DNA from: Callorhinchus milii
Taxonomy: Eukaryota
Reading direction: 5' to 3'
Assembly: GCF_018977255.1 (NCBI RefSeq)
Contig: NW_024704742.1
Location: 128,218,001-128,282,000, forward strand
Length of the DNA: 64,000 nt
The translations under genes and the position numbers were made by a program. The notes beneath the pieces were generated by a model. The model saw nothing but the letters and a program-made list of their open reading frames with translations. It ran no database searches and was not told the origin of the DNA. This document shows positions 1 to 11,459 of this stretch, in pieces. Position 1 is the first letter of the stretch; the number at the start of each line of letters is the position of its first letter.

Positions 1-984
1 TCTGGCTCAGTTGGTAGCACTCTATCCTCTGAGTCAGAAGGTCATGGGTTGAAGCCTCAAAGGGCTTGGAACTCATATATTCTAGGGACATTGCTATTTG
101 TAAATTGGTTGCTGCATTTGCCTACAATTATTCAGTCACTGCACTTATACAGTCCATCCTGTGAAGCGCTGTGACATGTCCTCCTGATATGAAAGGTGCT
201 ATACTAAACGTAAAAGATTATTATGTATGATGACCGATAAATTTATATGCTATGTCTGTTAAGGATCATCACAATTTTCAGCCTATTATGCCGTGCTCCG
301 CCACTGTCAAGTGCTCTGGGACTCTACCCTGCGTGGGGGGGCCCGGTATAAATACTGTTGCTGGTGTTATTAATAAAATATCCTCCTGCCCTCCTGACTT
401 CAGTACAGTGGTTGGGTTATAGCCTGTTTCAAAATTGTTGCTAATAGCTTACTTAAAGCACTAACTAGCCCTCAAACAGCACTGTGTTTTCTTGTTTAAA
501 GAATCAGTGAGAAGTTTTCACCAGTGATTTGTATCCTTCATGTTTTTCAATCCTATTTTAACCAAATTATTTTCTATTACAATATTGTGAAGAATACATA
601 AACTGTTCAGGTACTGTCTTGACTCACAACAAGCAATAAATTATGATAAATACCGAAAGTCCAATAAAAAGTGAATTAAAATCTGAATTCATGTGCATTT
701 CTCCAGAAACGCACTAGATGGAGCCAAACTACTTGTTTTGTGAAGCATTTTGAAATGTCTCCTATTCTTGGATTGGGCTTCAACAATCATCTGTGCAAAG
801 ATATTGCACATTTTAACAAAGAAAGAATTGAGAAAAAAATCATCCAAAGGTGCCCTCTTGTTAATGACACACACTAATTAAAAAAACTTGCATTCGATAT
901 GGAATCTATTGCATCTTTCACAGGGAATTACTGTCAAGTTTAGTAACTGGTTATTATTAGGCAAAAGAGGCAACCATTTGTGAA

Positions 985-1205
985 TCACAAAACACCACTA
1001 ACAGCCATGAAAGGGCACGAGTAATTTAACTGGAGAATTGCTCTTCTCTTGATGTGATCTTCAATCCCCCAAAGGTTTGCACATTGAACAATATCGCGTT
1101 CCTCCACTGGACTATAATCCCACAACCTTCCGAACGAGAAGTGAGAATGTCCCAATTCAACTAAATTGACATCTTCAACTAAAACATTCACCACATAACC
1201 ATAAC
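985..1205 (-). pseudogene. Pseudo-exon U (ankyrin-like)
   Basis: tgacag| phase 1. Stop-free GYGYVVNVLVEDVNLVELGHSHFSFGRLWDY... (track ORF 985-1212). Joined to exon T it gives NALHQ-GYGYVVNVLVE. Confidence 0.6.
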
Positions 1206-1489
1206 CTGTCACTCACAGAACTACATAGGACATTGCAGAATGGAAACAGGCCATTCAGTCCAAATCCATGCTGATGTTTATAATCCACAGTGAGCCCCTA
1301 CCCTTCCTAATCATCTCTACCAATGCCTTCTCCCTCATGTATCCATCAAGTTTCCCTTTAAATACATTCATGCTTTTTGCTTGAATCTATTTTCTGTGAA
1401 TATCTGTGCTATGACCTCCATACCTCCGCAACTTTGCCCGACTCTGCCTCACCCCTCAGACTGCCGAAACCGTCATACACGCATTCATA

Positions 1490-1803
1490 ATAATAATAAT
1501 CCTTGCATTTGATATAGCGCTTTTCACGTCGGGAGGAGTCCCAAAGCGCTTCACAGAACACACTGTAAAGTGAATTGACTGTATATTTGTGGGCGAACTC
1601 GGCAGCCAATTGCGCACAGCAATGTCCCACAAACAGTCGTAGATTGAAAATGACCAATTTATTATTGTTTTGGGTTTTTTGGAGGGATTATTATTAGATG
1701 TGTGGAGTAAGGAAACTTGCCCAAGGTTTCGCCCTCTGCCTGGAATTGAACTCAGGTCTCTCACTTGCAAAGCGAGTGCTCTAACCACTGAGCTACAGGA
1801 CTC
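1490..1803 (-). mobile_element. tRNA-derived SINE with Deu-like core and (ATT)n tail, inserted in an L2 remnant
   Basis: Head gagtcctgtagctcagtggttagagcactcgctttgcaagtgagagacctgagttcaattcc contains A and B boxes; core tttgtgggacattgctgtgcgcaattggctgc. Confidence 0.9.
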
Positions 1804-2139
1804 CATCACCTCCATCACCTCAAGGCTCAACTACGGAAACTCCTTCCTTGTCTTCCCTCCACAAGCTGCAGATCATCCAGAACTCTGTAGCTTGTGTCCT
1901 CTCCTGCAGCAGGCTCCATGACACCATCAGCCCCACCTCCACCCCACTGGCTCCCCATCCCTTGGGATGTCTTCCAACATGAAACCCGCTTTACAAATGT
2001 AATTTCGTTATGTTGTACATTTTACATTCTCATCACCGTCTCCATAATAAAGTTCAGTATTCACGGAAACAAGCTTGCTCACTCACCCCTCCACCTCCTC
2101 CTCCATTAAATAATATTATTTTAAATAATATTATCTTAC

Positions 2140-2279
2140 CTTGGTGTAATGCATTATCTGGTGCAGCACAGATTTCTCTCACATCTGGAATTAGGCCCTA
2201 ATTCTCAAGACTATTCACTGGAGAAATTTCATGTTGAGATGCGTTGCCCACCAGGAAGCTTTCAGGGAGTTCCTGGCAC
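2140..2279 (-). pseudogene. Pseudo-exon T (ankyrin-like)
   Basis: aatag|...caag|gtaaga; 140 nt, phase 2->1, matching exons S and U. Reads CQELPESFLVGNASQHEISPVNSLEN*GLIPDVREICAAPDNALHQ. Confidence 0.6.
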
Positions 2280-2399
2280 CTATTATCCATCTAATGAAAG
2301 CTCAAACCCACGTTTGTCAGATGTTGAATAACCAACTAGTGACTATCCTCCTTGGGCGGAGGTAAGTGGGATCACCTTGGAACTAAACTGACTCCAAGG

Positions 2400-2918
2400 T
2401 AAGATGTCTGGCAAAGGAATGTCGGAATCAAGCCAGCCCTTTGTGGCAGTCTCCACTGCACTGTTGATAACAGCACAGCCAATCTGGCTATCAGCAGGAC
2501 TTGGAAGGGCAGACAAGTCACTGGGGGACAGGGAATCCTCCCACTCAGGACCTGTTAATCCTGGAAGCCAAAGCCCTAATGGGCAGGGTGGTCCTAACTG
2601 GACAACTGATGGAAAAGCTTGCCAGACAGTTCTATCAATGACAAGCTATGTGATTTTAGCTGGTTAGACTCAAGCAGTACCCCGACACACACTCTGGGGT
2701 TCCCAAGCCTTCGCTCTTGCCAACCTGCGCTAAAGACATTCCGGAATTAGGTAAGCAGGATGCATGAACAGGGAGAGAGTGTGCATTCCAAACCATCTCT
2801 GGAATTTCCATGTGTCTATGGGAAACATGGGATTCTTAGTTTGATTGGAATACTCTTAAGCATGGTGATATGTGGTAGGTTTCCGCATGTGTCAGACACC
2901 TGGCTGACCAAAAAAAAA
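2400..2918 (+). repeat. Unclassified ~500-bp interspersed repeat ending in poly(A)
   Basis: Homologous blocks at about 5510-5625, 11110-11225(-), 16720-17090, 17780-17960(-), 22440-22805(-), 52620-52745, 53640-54120, 57710-57975, 60680-61100(-) and 63140-63532. All share parts of aagcttgccagac...tttagctggttagat.ccag.agtaccc...gtcagacacctggctgaccaaaa. Confidence 0.85.
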
Positions 2919-3719
2919 CCAACGTGACAAAAGACAAATGGCTAGGAAAATGTAGGTTAACCTTTAGAGTTATAAAAAAGTAACATACGCTTACTGATAG
3001 CCATTCAAAAATGTGTGACAGTCAGTTCACATCTCCAAGCGTCACCCAATCTAAACCTAATCGTTTTATGATTCCACGTGTTGACTCTGAGAGCATTGAG
3101 TACTATAGTCTATTCAATCACTTCTCTAAATCATGACAACAGCAACTAGCATTTATATTACGCTCTTCACATAGGATAATGTCTCAGAATGATTGATTCG
3201 GATGGGATCGGACACTGTGTGAGGAAGGAGGGGAAGGGGAAGCTAACTATAAGCATGTTTGATGAGATAAGTTTTTAGATGGGCTTTCAAGACAGATGGA
3301 GAGGAGTTGTGACTGAGAGGTCAAGGGGCAGAGTTCCAGTGATCAGGAGCGAAGTAGCTGAAGTGCTGGCCACCGATGGGGTGCGCAGGCTACACCCAGC
3401 TGGCTGGAGCTAGCCTAGCAGAGGGTGCGAGCAGAAGAGTGGAAGAACGACACAAGATAACAAAGGGATTTATAGGTGAACAGTTCACACTAAACAGTTA
3501 GCGTAACAGAACCTAGTGAAGGAGGGGATACGATGGAGGTTTTGATGAGGTAGATAGAGAAAGACTATTTTTGTTTGATGGATAAGTAGGAAGAGGGAAC
3601 AATTTGAGGATTACCTCAGAGAGCAATGCAGTAGTCATCACAGAACAAGAGAAATCTTTGGTTATTATTTTAAGGTCATCACCACCACCATAACCTGTAT
3701 GAAACCAACCACCTGCTCT

Positions 3720-5340
3720 CTCAACCCCATCCCTACCCCTCTCCTTACCTCCCAGCTCCACCAACTTGCCCCACTACTCACTGACATCATAAACCTCTCC
3801 CTGTCCTCTGGTACTGTCCCTTCACATTAAAAACTACCGTCATCACTCCTATCCTTAAAAAACCCTTCCTGGACCCTTCTCTACTCCCAAACTACCGCCG
3901 CATTTTCAACCTCCCTTTCCTCTCCAAGGTCCTGGAACTAGTTGTTGTTTCTCAGCTTCGCTCCTTCCTCTCCCGCTACTCCCTTCTCGAACCCCTCCAA
4001 TCGGGTTTCCGTGCCGCTCACAGAACAGAAACAGCCCTGGTCAAAGTAACAAATGACATTCTGTCCATCTGCGAACAGGGCACCCTCTGCCTCCTCATCC
4101 TCCTTGACCTCTCTGCTGCTTTCGACACCATCGACCACTCTATCCTCATTCACTGCCTCTCCTCTCACCTCAACCTCCATGGCTCTGTCCTTGTCTGGTT
4201 CAGATCGTACCTCTCACACTGCCTGCACTTCATCTCCACAAACGACTTCTCCTCTAGCCCTGGAACTGTTTGTGGTGCATTCCTCAGGGCTCTATCCTTG
4301 GTCCCCTCCTTCTCAATATCTATATGCTCCCTCTTGGTGACATCATCCACAGACATGGGGTCAACTTCCACATGTATGTGGATGACACCCAACTCTACCT
4401 CTTTGCGTCCACCCTTGACTGCAGGAACACTGCTTTCCTGACTGAATGTCTGTCGGACATCAAGTCCTGGATGAGAGCTAACTTTCTTCAGTTGAACGTT
4501 AACAAGACCAAGGCTCCCCTGATGGCTCCTGTCAGCACCTCCACACCTCAGGCGCTGACAGCATCACTATCCATGATTGCACACTCCACCTTACAAACCC
4601 AGTCCGGAACCTTGGGGTTTTGTTTGACCCTCAACTATCCTTTCTACCCCACATCTGTGCCATGACATGCTCTGCCTTTCCCCACCTCCGCAACGTCGCC
4701 CTCCTCCACCACTTTCTCACACTGCAGGCCATCGAAACCCTCATACATACTTCCATTACGTCGAGGCTTGACTATGTAAACTCATTGCTTATCGTCCTCC
4801 CCAACTCCTCCCTCCACAGGCTGCAGATTATCCAGAACTCTGCAGCCCATGTTCTCTCCTGCACTAGGCTCTGTGACCCTATCACCCCCATCCTTGCCCA
4901 ACTCCACTAGCTTCCCATGACACAGAGGATACAGTTCAAGAACCTGGAACTTACATTCAACGGTCTTGTTTCTCCCCTACCTCTGTGAGCTCCTAACCCC
5001 CTACCATCCTGCTCGCTCCCTCCACTCAGCGGGCTCCAGCCTGCTTCACGTCCCCCGCTTCGCTCGCCCCACTATTGGCAGGCGGGCCTTCTGCCATTCT
5101 GCCCCCATTTTCTGGAACTCCATCCCATAGTCCCTCCACCTCGCCCTCTCCCTTGCCACCTTCAAGACCCATCTTAAGACCCTCCTGTTCGATTGTGCTT
5201 TGGATCTTCCTGGTACCCCCCCTACCCTCCACCATCCCCGACCCTGACCCCTAGCTTGGGTCCATAACTCTGTCTGTCCAATGCCTTGGGACATCTTCCT
5301 GACGTGAAAGGTGCTTTACAAATGTAATTTTGTTGCTGTT
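3720..5340 (+). mobile_element. L2-clade LINE, 5'-truncated, frameshifted RT and 3' end
   Basis: Motifs QSGFR.AH.TETALVKVTND, PQGSILGPLL, YVDDTQLY and SRLDY.NSLL; (TTG)n-like tail. Confidence 0.92.
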
Positions 5341-6104
5341 GTATGGTCACTCAATCCACGACTGTTTATGCGACACTGCTGTGGACAATTGGCTGCCATG
5401 TTTCGCCCACAAAATATACAATCAATTTACAATATGTTCTCTATGAAGCACTTTGAGATGTCTTGAAGATATGATAAGGAGCTATATCAAATGAAAGGAT
5501 TATTATATTCCAAAAATCTATCTCTGTAATTTCGATGTGCAAGTGGGATGCATGGAAGTCTCAGCTTGATTTGGATACTCTTAAACATGGTGATGGGTTT
5601 CCGCATATGTCAGACCAAAAAAAATAGCATTTGATATAGCGCCTTATCACATGGTCCAAATGCTTCACCGTATAAAGTGGATTGATTGTGTATTTTGTGA
5701 GTGGAAGTGGCAGTCAATTTGCGCACAGCAATGTCCCACAAACAGCCATGGAGTGAGTGACCAATTTTATTGGGGAATTTGTTGGCCAGGACACTGGGAG
5801 AAATTCCTTTCCCTTTTTGAATAGTGCCATGGGATATTTAACATCCACCTGAACAAGCAGACAAGACCTTGGTTTTAAGTATCATGGCACCTCCAACAAT
5901 GCAGCACTCACCAACACTACACTAGAGTGTCAACCGAGATAGTGAACTCAAAGGCCCAATGTGAGGCTTGAACTCACAGCCTTCTCACCTGGCCAGTTTG
6001 TGCCAATTTATTAAACCTTGGCAGATCGTAGAATCTCAGATCACTCAGATTTCTGATGAAGTTACCAAACGTGTTAGCATCAGCTTGCTGAGAAAGAGTC
6101 TTAC

Positions 6105-6290
6105 CCCAAATAATTTCAGTTTCCAATTTATTCAGTCAGAAAAACAGCTGCTCTCATACCGGCTGTATCATCAATTTTTGCAGTTTCAGTCCTTTGATGT
6201 AACTGCCAGTCTAAGCGTTAAATAATGTAGATGCAGCAGCATGGGAAAAGCATAGTCCCTTCCTTATTCAAAAACAGCTGAGTAAGTCGT
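6105..6290 (-). pseudogene. Pseudo-exon S (ankyrin-like)
   Basis: ctatctcctattcag|...gg|gtaaga; 186 nt, phase 2->2. Reads RLTQLFLNKEGTMLF...KIDDTAGMRAAVFLTE*IGN*NYLG. Confidence 0.55.
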
Positions 6291-6774
6291 CTGAATAGGA
6301 GATAGCTCCAATCATGCCCCCGACGGACGAAATGTTGAATGATTTTTTGTCATTTAATGGTCTTTCATTTACATAATTTATTCAGGCATGTCAACTGGGA
6401 GCAATTTCCTCCTGCACTCAGTCCCCAGAACTACATCAGTCAATGCTACAAATAAATTTCTACAATTTGTCACAGTGAAGTCTAAATATCTAATTTCCTG
6501 ACACACTGATACTCCGGCTATCAATACGGTTTAAAATGGGGGTGTCTGAATTGCAAGTAAAGCTGTGTGGCTGATACCAATTGCAAACCGAGGAAGGGGA
6601 TTTGTTCCTGTCTGGTTGATTGTTGAGAGACGGAGTTGGACTGAACAGGATTTTAGGGAATATTAAAGCAATGAGCCCACGTGCATGGAGAGTCTTTCAT
6701 GGCCAGAATTTCCAATCCTGACATAGCAGAGGTAGGGTACAAAAGGAAATTGAAGTTCTCCAGTTGAATTCTCT

Positions 6775-7130
6775 GCCTGACTCAGTTGGTAGCGCTCTCA
6801 CCTCTGAGTTATGGGCTCATATCCCACATCAAGACTTTGAGCTCACAGTGTAGGTTAACACTACTCTAAAGTGCTGGGGGAGGGGTGTGATGCATTTGCA
6901 GAGGTGACGTCCTTCAGGTTCAACCAAGGTCCCATCTGCCTATCTAGGTGGATGTTCAAGAACCCTTAGTGGTATTTGAAAAAAAAGAAGAGAGTTTCTC
7001 CCCGTGTCCTGGCCAACAATACCCTAAATAAAAAAATCACTTCAAGGCTGTTTGTGATTCAATGCCATGTGCAAATTGTTTGTTTTGCTCGACTACAAAA
7101 TATACAGCCACTGTACTCTCAAAAGAGATA
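6775..7130 (+). mobile_element. Older DeuSINE (SacSINE1-like) copy
   Basis: ctcagttggtagc.ctct..cctctgagt head followed by the ggtg.cgtc.ttc.ggatgag....aaacc.aggtccc.tctgcc body. Related copies lie at about 1-225, 5640-5990(-), 14170-14460(-), 17990-18258, 23445-24000, 25960-26066, 33545-33750, 35545-35870 and 62750-63070. The family name is from recall. Confidence 0.7.
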
Positions 7131-7287
7131 TGTCATTGACTTCTCACCCCCAACTCCACTTCTCCTTCCACCTCACCAAGACCATCCACACCGCCTTCTC
7201 CCTCCACCAAGGCTCCTGCCACTCCTCCCTTCTTACACTCCTTTGCCCCAATTTTTCCCCCGTCCCTCTCAACCACAATCACCTGGA

Positions 7288-8287
7288 TGAAGTTCACCAC
7301 CTGCTACGGCATTACCTCACCCCTCACGCTGCTGAAACCTTGGTTCACGCCTTTGTCACCTCAAGGCTGGACTACGGGAACTCTCTCCTCGCCGGCCTTC
7401 CCGCCACCTCCCTCCACAAGCTGCAGGTCATTCAGAACTCTGCAGCTCGTGTACTGTCCCGCACCAGGCTTCGCGACCACATCACTCCCACCCTCGCTCG
7501 CCTCCACTGGCTCCCCATCCCCCAGAGGATTGATTTCAAGATCCTCATCCTCACCTACAAGGCCATTCACGGCCTCGCTCCCTCCTACCTCTCCAACCTA
7601 CTATCCCCCTACCTACCTGCCCGTACCCTCCGTTCCTCTGGCTCCGGTCTGCTCCACGTCCCCCGCCGCAACCGCCCTACCATCGGTGGTCGGGCCTTCA
7701 GCCTCTCAGCAACAACAACAACAACAACAAGATTCCATTTATAAAGCGCCTTTCACGTCAGGAGGACATCCCAAGGCGCTGCACAGTTGGGTCATGACCC
7801 GAGCAGGGGGGAAATGGTCAGGGTGAGGGGAGGGAAGGGAGGGAGCGAGGAGGGGGAAGAGAGTCGAGAGGGGAGCTGAAGGCACGGTCAAAGAGAAAGG
7901 TTTTGAGACCGGCCTTGAAGGAGGAGAGGGAGGAAGCAAGGCGAAGGCACTGGGGGATGGAGTTCCAGAGCCTGGGGGCTGAGAGGCTGAAGGCCCAACC
8001 ACCCTCTTTCTCTTTGACCGAGCCTTCAGCTCCCCTCTCGACTCTCTTCCCCCTCCTCGCTCCCTCCCTTCCCTTCCCTCACCCTGACCATTTCCACCCT
8101 CCTTGCTCCCTCCCTTCCCTCCCCTCACCCTGACCATTTCCCCTCTCCTCGCTCCCTCCCTTCCCTCCCCTCACCCTGACCATTTCCCCCCTGCTCGGGT
8201 CATGACCCAACTGTGCAGCGCCTTGGGATGTCCTCCTGACGTGAAAGGCGCTTTATAAATGGAATCTTGTTGTTGTTGTTGTTGCTG
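7288..8287 (+). mobile_element. Young L2 3' fragment with an inverted and duplicated 3' end
   Basis: HAFVTSRLDYGNSLLAGLP...LHWLPIPQRIDFKILILTYKA. 7707-~8000 is the 3' end in reverse orientation and 8003-8287 is a forward copy. Confidence 0.92.
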
Positions 8288-9545
8288 CCTCAACCCCCTT
8301 CCCACCCAGCTGCTGGTCAGTCAACTCCCCCTCCTCTCCCCCCAGCTGGCCAACCCGGTCAACCAGTCTCTCTCCTCAGGCTCTGTTCCATTCCCTCTGA
8401 AAACCGTTGTTATCACACCCCTCCTCAAAAAAAACATCCCTCGATCCCTCTAACCATTCACGCTACCATCCCGTTTCCAACCTATCTGTCCTTGCCAAAG
8501 TGCTGGAACGCATTGTTTCAGGTCAACTTTGGTCACACCTATCCTTCCACTCCCTCCTCGAGCCCCTGGTGGCTGTTTTCTCGCTCTGCCCACAGCACAG
8601 AGACAGCGCTTGTCAAAATCACAAACGACGTCCTCTCTATCTGTGACCAGAGCTCCCTCTGCCTCTTCGTCCTCCTGGATCTTTCTGCTGCGTTCGACAC
8701 AGTCGACTACGCCATCCTCCTCCACCACGTCTCCTCCTTTATCCACCTTATTCATATAGATTGAGTCCTACTTAACCAACTGCCTCCATTTCATCTTGGC
8801 TGATGGTTTCTCCTCCCGCCCCCGCCCGGACACTTGAAGGGTATCCCAGGGCTTCCATCCTTGGCCCTCTTCCTTATCCATGTGCTCCTCTGGGCGATGT
8901 CATCTGCAGTCATGGGGTAAACTTCCCGATTATGTGGATGACACACAAATCTACTTTGCCTCCTCCAGTAGCAACTCCAGGTCCACCAATGTTCTATCAG
9001 CTTGTCTGGCAGACATCAAGGCCTGGATGAGTGCAAACTTTTTGCGGCTGAATGTGGACAAGACGGAAGCCATATGCCTTGGCTCCCGTCAACGCCTTCA
9101 CTCCTGCTCGTCTGAACTCCTCAACCTCCCTGGGCTCTCCTTCAGACTCACCGAACCAGTGTGTAATCTTGGCATCCAGTTTGACTCCCATCTGTCCTTC
9201 CTCTCCCACATCTGGTCCCTGACCAGGATCGCCTTCTTCCATCTCCGCTACATTATCCGCTACCGATCGTACCTTACCCCAAATGCAGCCAGAAACCTCA
9301 TGAATGCATTTGTCACCTCCTAGATTACTCAAACACATTCTTCGTTGGTCTCCCCAGCTCCACTCTGCAAAAGATCCAGCTAATTCAGAACACTGACCCG
9401 GACCAAACTCCGTAAACCATCTCACCAGTTCTGGCCAGCTCCACCCCCTCCCCCCCGGCTCAGAGTCAGGCTCCACCCTTGTTAAGCACTCGGATACATT
9501 ACCCTGCATGGAGGGCTCTATAACTGCAAGTTGTTGTTGTTGTTT
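8288..9545 (+). mobile_element. L2 LINE RT fragment (older)
   Basis: HSTETALVKITND, LLDLSAAFDTVD and YVDDTQIY motifs; (TTG)n tail near 9530. Confidence 0.9.
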
Positions 9546-9899
9546 TGATAGAGTATGCCAAATGCTAGGATTATTACTAATTCCACCACCTTTGCTTCCT
9601 GCTCATTCTTAATATTTTTACTTCTTATGTATCAATCCATTTCTCTGTTAATTCCTTGAACTCATGTCTCATCGATGGCTTTCATAGCAGAAGATTCCAG
9701 ATTGTTTTTTCCTAAGAAGAGTTAAGAGCACATGCAAAGGTCTTTAACAAGTGCTGTTTGATTTCAAGATACCTTAGGACTTTGAGGAGCAGCAACATTC
9801 TTAAATTATTATTTTTGTACATTGAAAAGTTTGTTTGGAATTGGCTTCAGTAAAATAAATCTCTCTCATTTCCATTCTTAGCTGTATAGAAAACCACCC

Positions 9900-10195
9900 A
9901 TGTGTTTATTGGCAACCTATTTGTCACTCAAGTGGCCATCATTCATGTGTGAGTCTGGACAACGATAACCTGCAGCCAAGATCATCCACATCATCAGCAG
10001 GGTTTATTGAATGACAATCAGTATCCAGAACCCTGGCAAATTACAACTTCCTGAAGCTAACTCCAGAACCACTCGTGCTGCCCTAACCAGCGCTGCCAGA
10101 TAGGTCAGCACAGAGCAGGAATCAAACCTAGATCCTTCTGCTATGTACACCTGGATAAACTCAACGAGACAATGCAGTAGCCAATGCTCCCTATT
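9900..10195 (-). repeat. Old SINE-like repeat (second copy at ~21240-21530, +)
   Basis: Both copies share ctcacacatgaa and gccaggg.t.ctg blocks; B-box-like ggtttgattcct on the minus strand. Confidence 0.5.
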
Positions 10196-10849
10196 CAGTG
10201 TAGATTCGATATGGAAACGTTCATTAGCTCTATGCTGAAAGGGTGGTGTTAAAGGGCAGATGAGTCACATATTGGATTGTTTTTGTATCTTACAATTCTT
10301 GTCACTTGATATCAGGGTTACGGTGACACTTGAGATCTTAGGGTTGTTAAGAAGGCTGTGGTGAGAGCACTCGCTGTGTTTATCAATTCATACATAAAGC
10401 AGCACAAGGCACAGCAGGAAAAAACAGTGTGATGATTAAAGCCCGAGGCTAGATTGGCAACGGCTTGAACATTTCCATAGCAACAAAGGCACGTGGCAAG
10501 ACCAGCGTAACAGGAGCAGGGGTTTATGGTCAGTGCTTTGTCCTAACATAGCAATAATAAATAGGATAAAGTTCATCACTCACTTCCCTTTGCCCACTGT
10601 TCATTGCTGCTTTAATAATTTGTGAACAATTAAATAGAGGAGTGCTGCACCCATCCCTAATCTTCTTTATGCTCCCTCAGCAGGGAATTCCCCCCTAAAT
10701 TATGAGACTATAAAATTCTTAAAAATTGAAAAGTCCTGCCTCAAGGAAAGATAAGGTGGCTCTGAAATTAAGTGGGAAGTGAATTGTACAGCCTTGAGGC
10801 TGCTGGGGTGAGGAGATGGAAACTACATCCAAACCATGTTCTGCAAGAG

Positions 10850-11082
10850 AAATATTTTTTCATACAAAGGTTAGTGGAAATCTGGAACATTCTCCCCCAA
10901 AAAGCTGTGGATCCTGGATAAATTCAAATTTTCAAGACTGAGGTGGATAGATTTTTAGTTGGTAAGGGTATCAAGGGATATGGGGTAAATGAAGTTGAGG
11001 TTCAGATCAGCCATGATCTAATAGAATGGCAGAACAGGCTTGAGGGGCTGAATGGCTTACTCCTGTTCCTATGTTCCATGTT
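10850..11082 (+). mobile_element. CR1 LINE 3' end
   Basis: FF.QR.V..WN.LP...V...FK.E.DRFL..KGIKGYG motif; ggctgaatggc hairpin region; short tandem tail. Confidence 0.85.
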
Positions 11083-11229
11083 CCAAGACTGCTTAGATTA
11101 TCTGAAACATTGGATTTCTCTTTGGTTGGCCAGTTATCTGATCCATCACCATGTTTAAGGGAATCCAAACTAGCCAAACAGTTCCACATTGTATGTCAGT
11201 TAGCCATGGAAATTTCTTTGTGTCTAGGG

Positions 11230-11433
11230 ACATTAGGGTTAGGGTTTGGAAAAAATCTATGGTATTCCTTAATGAGTTTCTCCATTTGGCATCGAACATG
11301 CAATGTTTCATAACAAATTTCCAGCATTTCAGCCATCCTAAGGGAACGCCACTCCAGACAGAGATTGTATCAGAGTGAATTTCTCGTGATCAGATGTAAC
11401 GCAAATCTCGAAGGATTCTTCAGAGCTGAGGTC
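11230..11433 (-). pseudogene. Possible pseudo-exon R
   Basis: tgactcttag| acceptor. One frame has a single stop in about 68 codons (...LEWRSLRMAEMLEICYETLHVRCQMEKLIKEYHRFF). It is truncated by a repeat. Confidence 0.4.
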
Positions 11434-11459
11434 CTAAGAGTCAACATGACAATACAGGG

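Noticed and set aside
689..874. Additional exon on either strand
   Set aside because: Open frames exist on both strands, but there are no recognisable motifs or strong splice pair.
1730..1803. tRNA-Ala-like gene
   Set aside because: It is the head of a multi-copy SINE and runs directly into the SINE body with no separate terminator; the acceptor stem does not pair.
6050..6075. Second hammerhead (CTGATGA...AAAC)
   Set aside because: No stem II hairpin or GAAA core.
7067..7826. ORFs with poly-Q and poly-T tracts
   Set aside because: The tracts are translations of the inverted (CAA)n L2 tail.
11233..11247. Interstitial telomeric repeat
   Set aside because: Only two TTAGGG units; consistent with chance.
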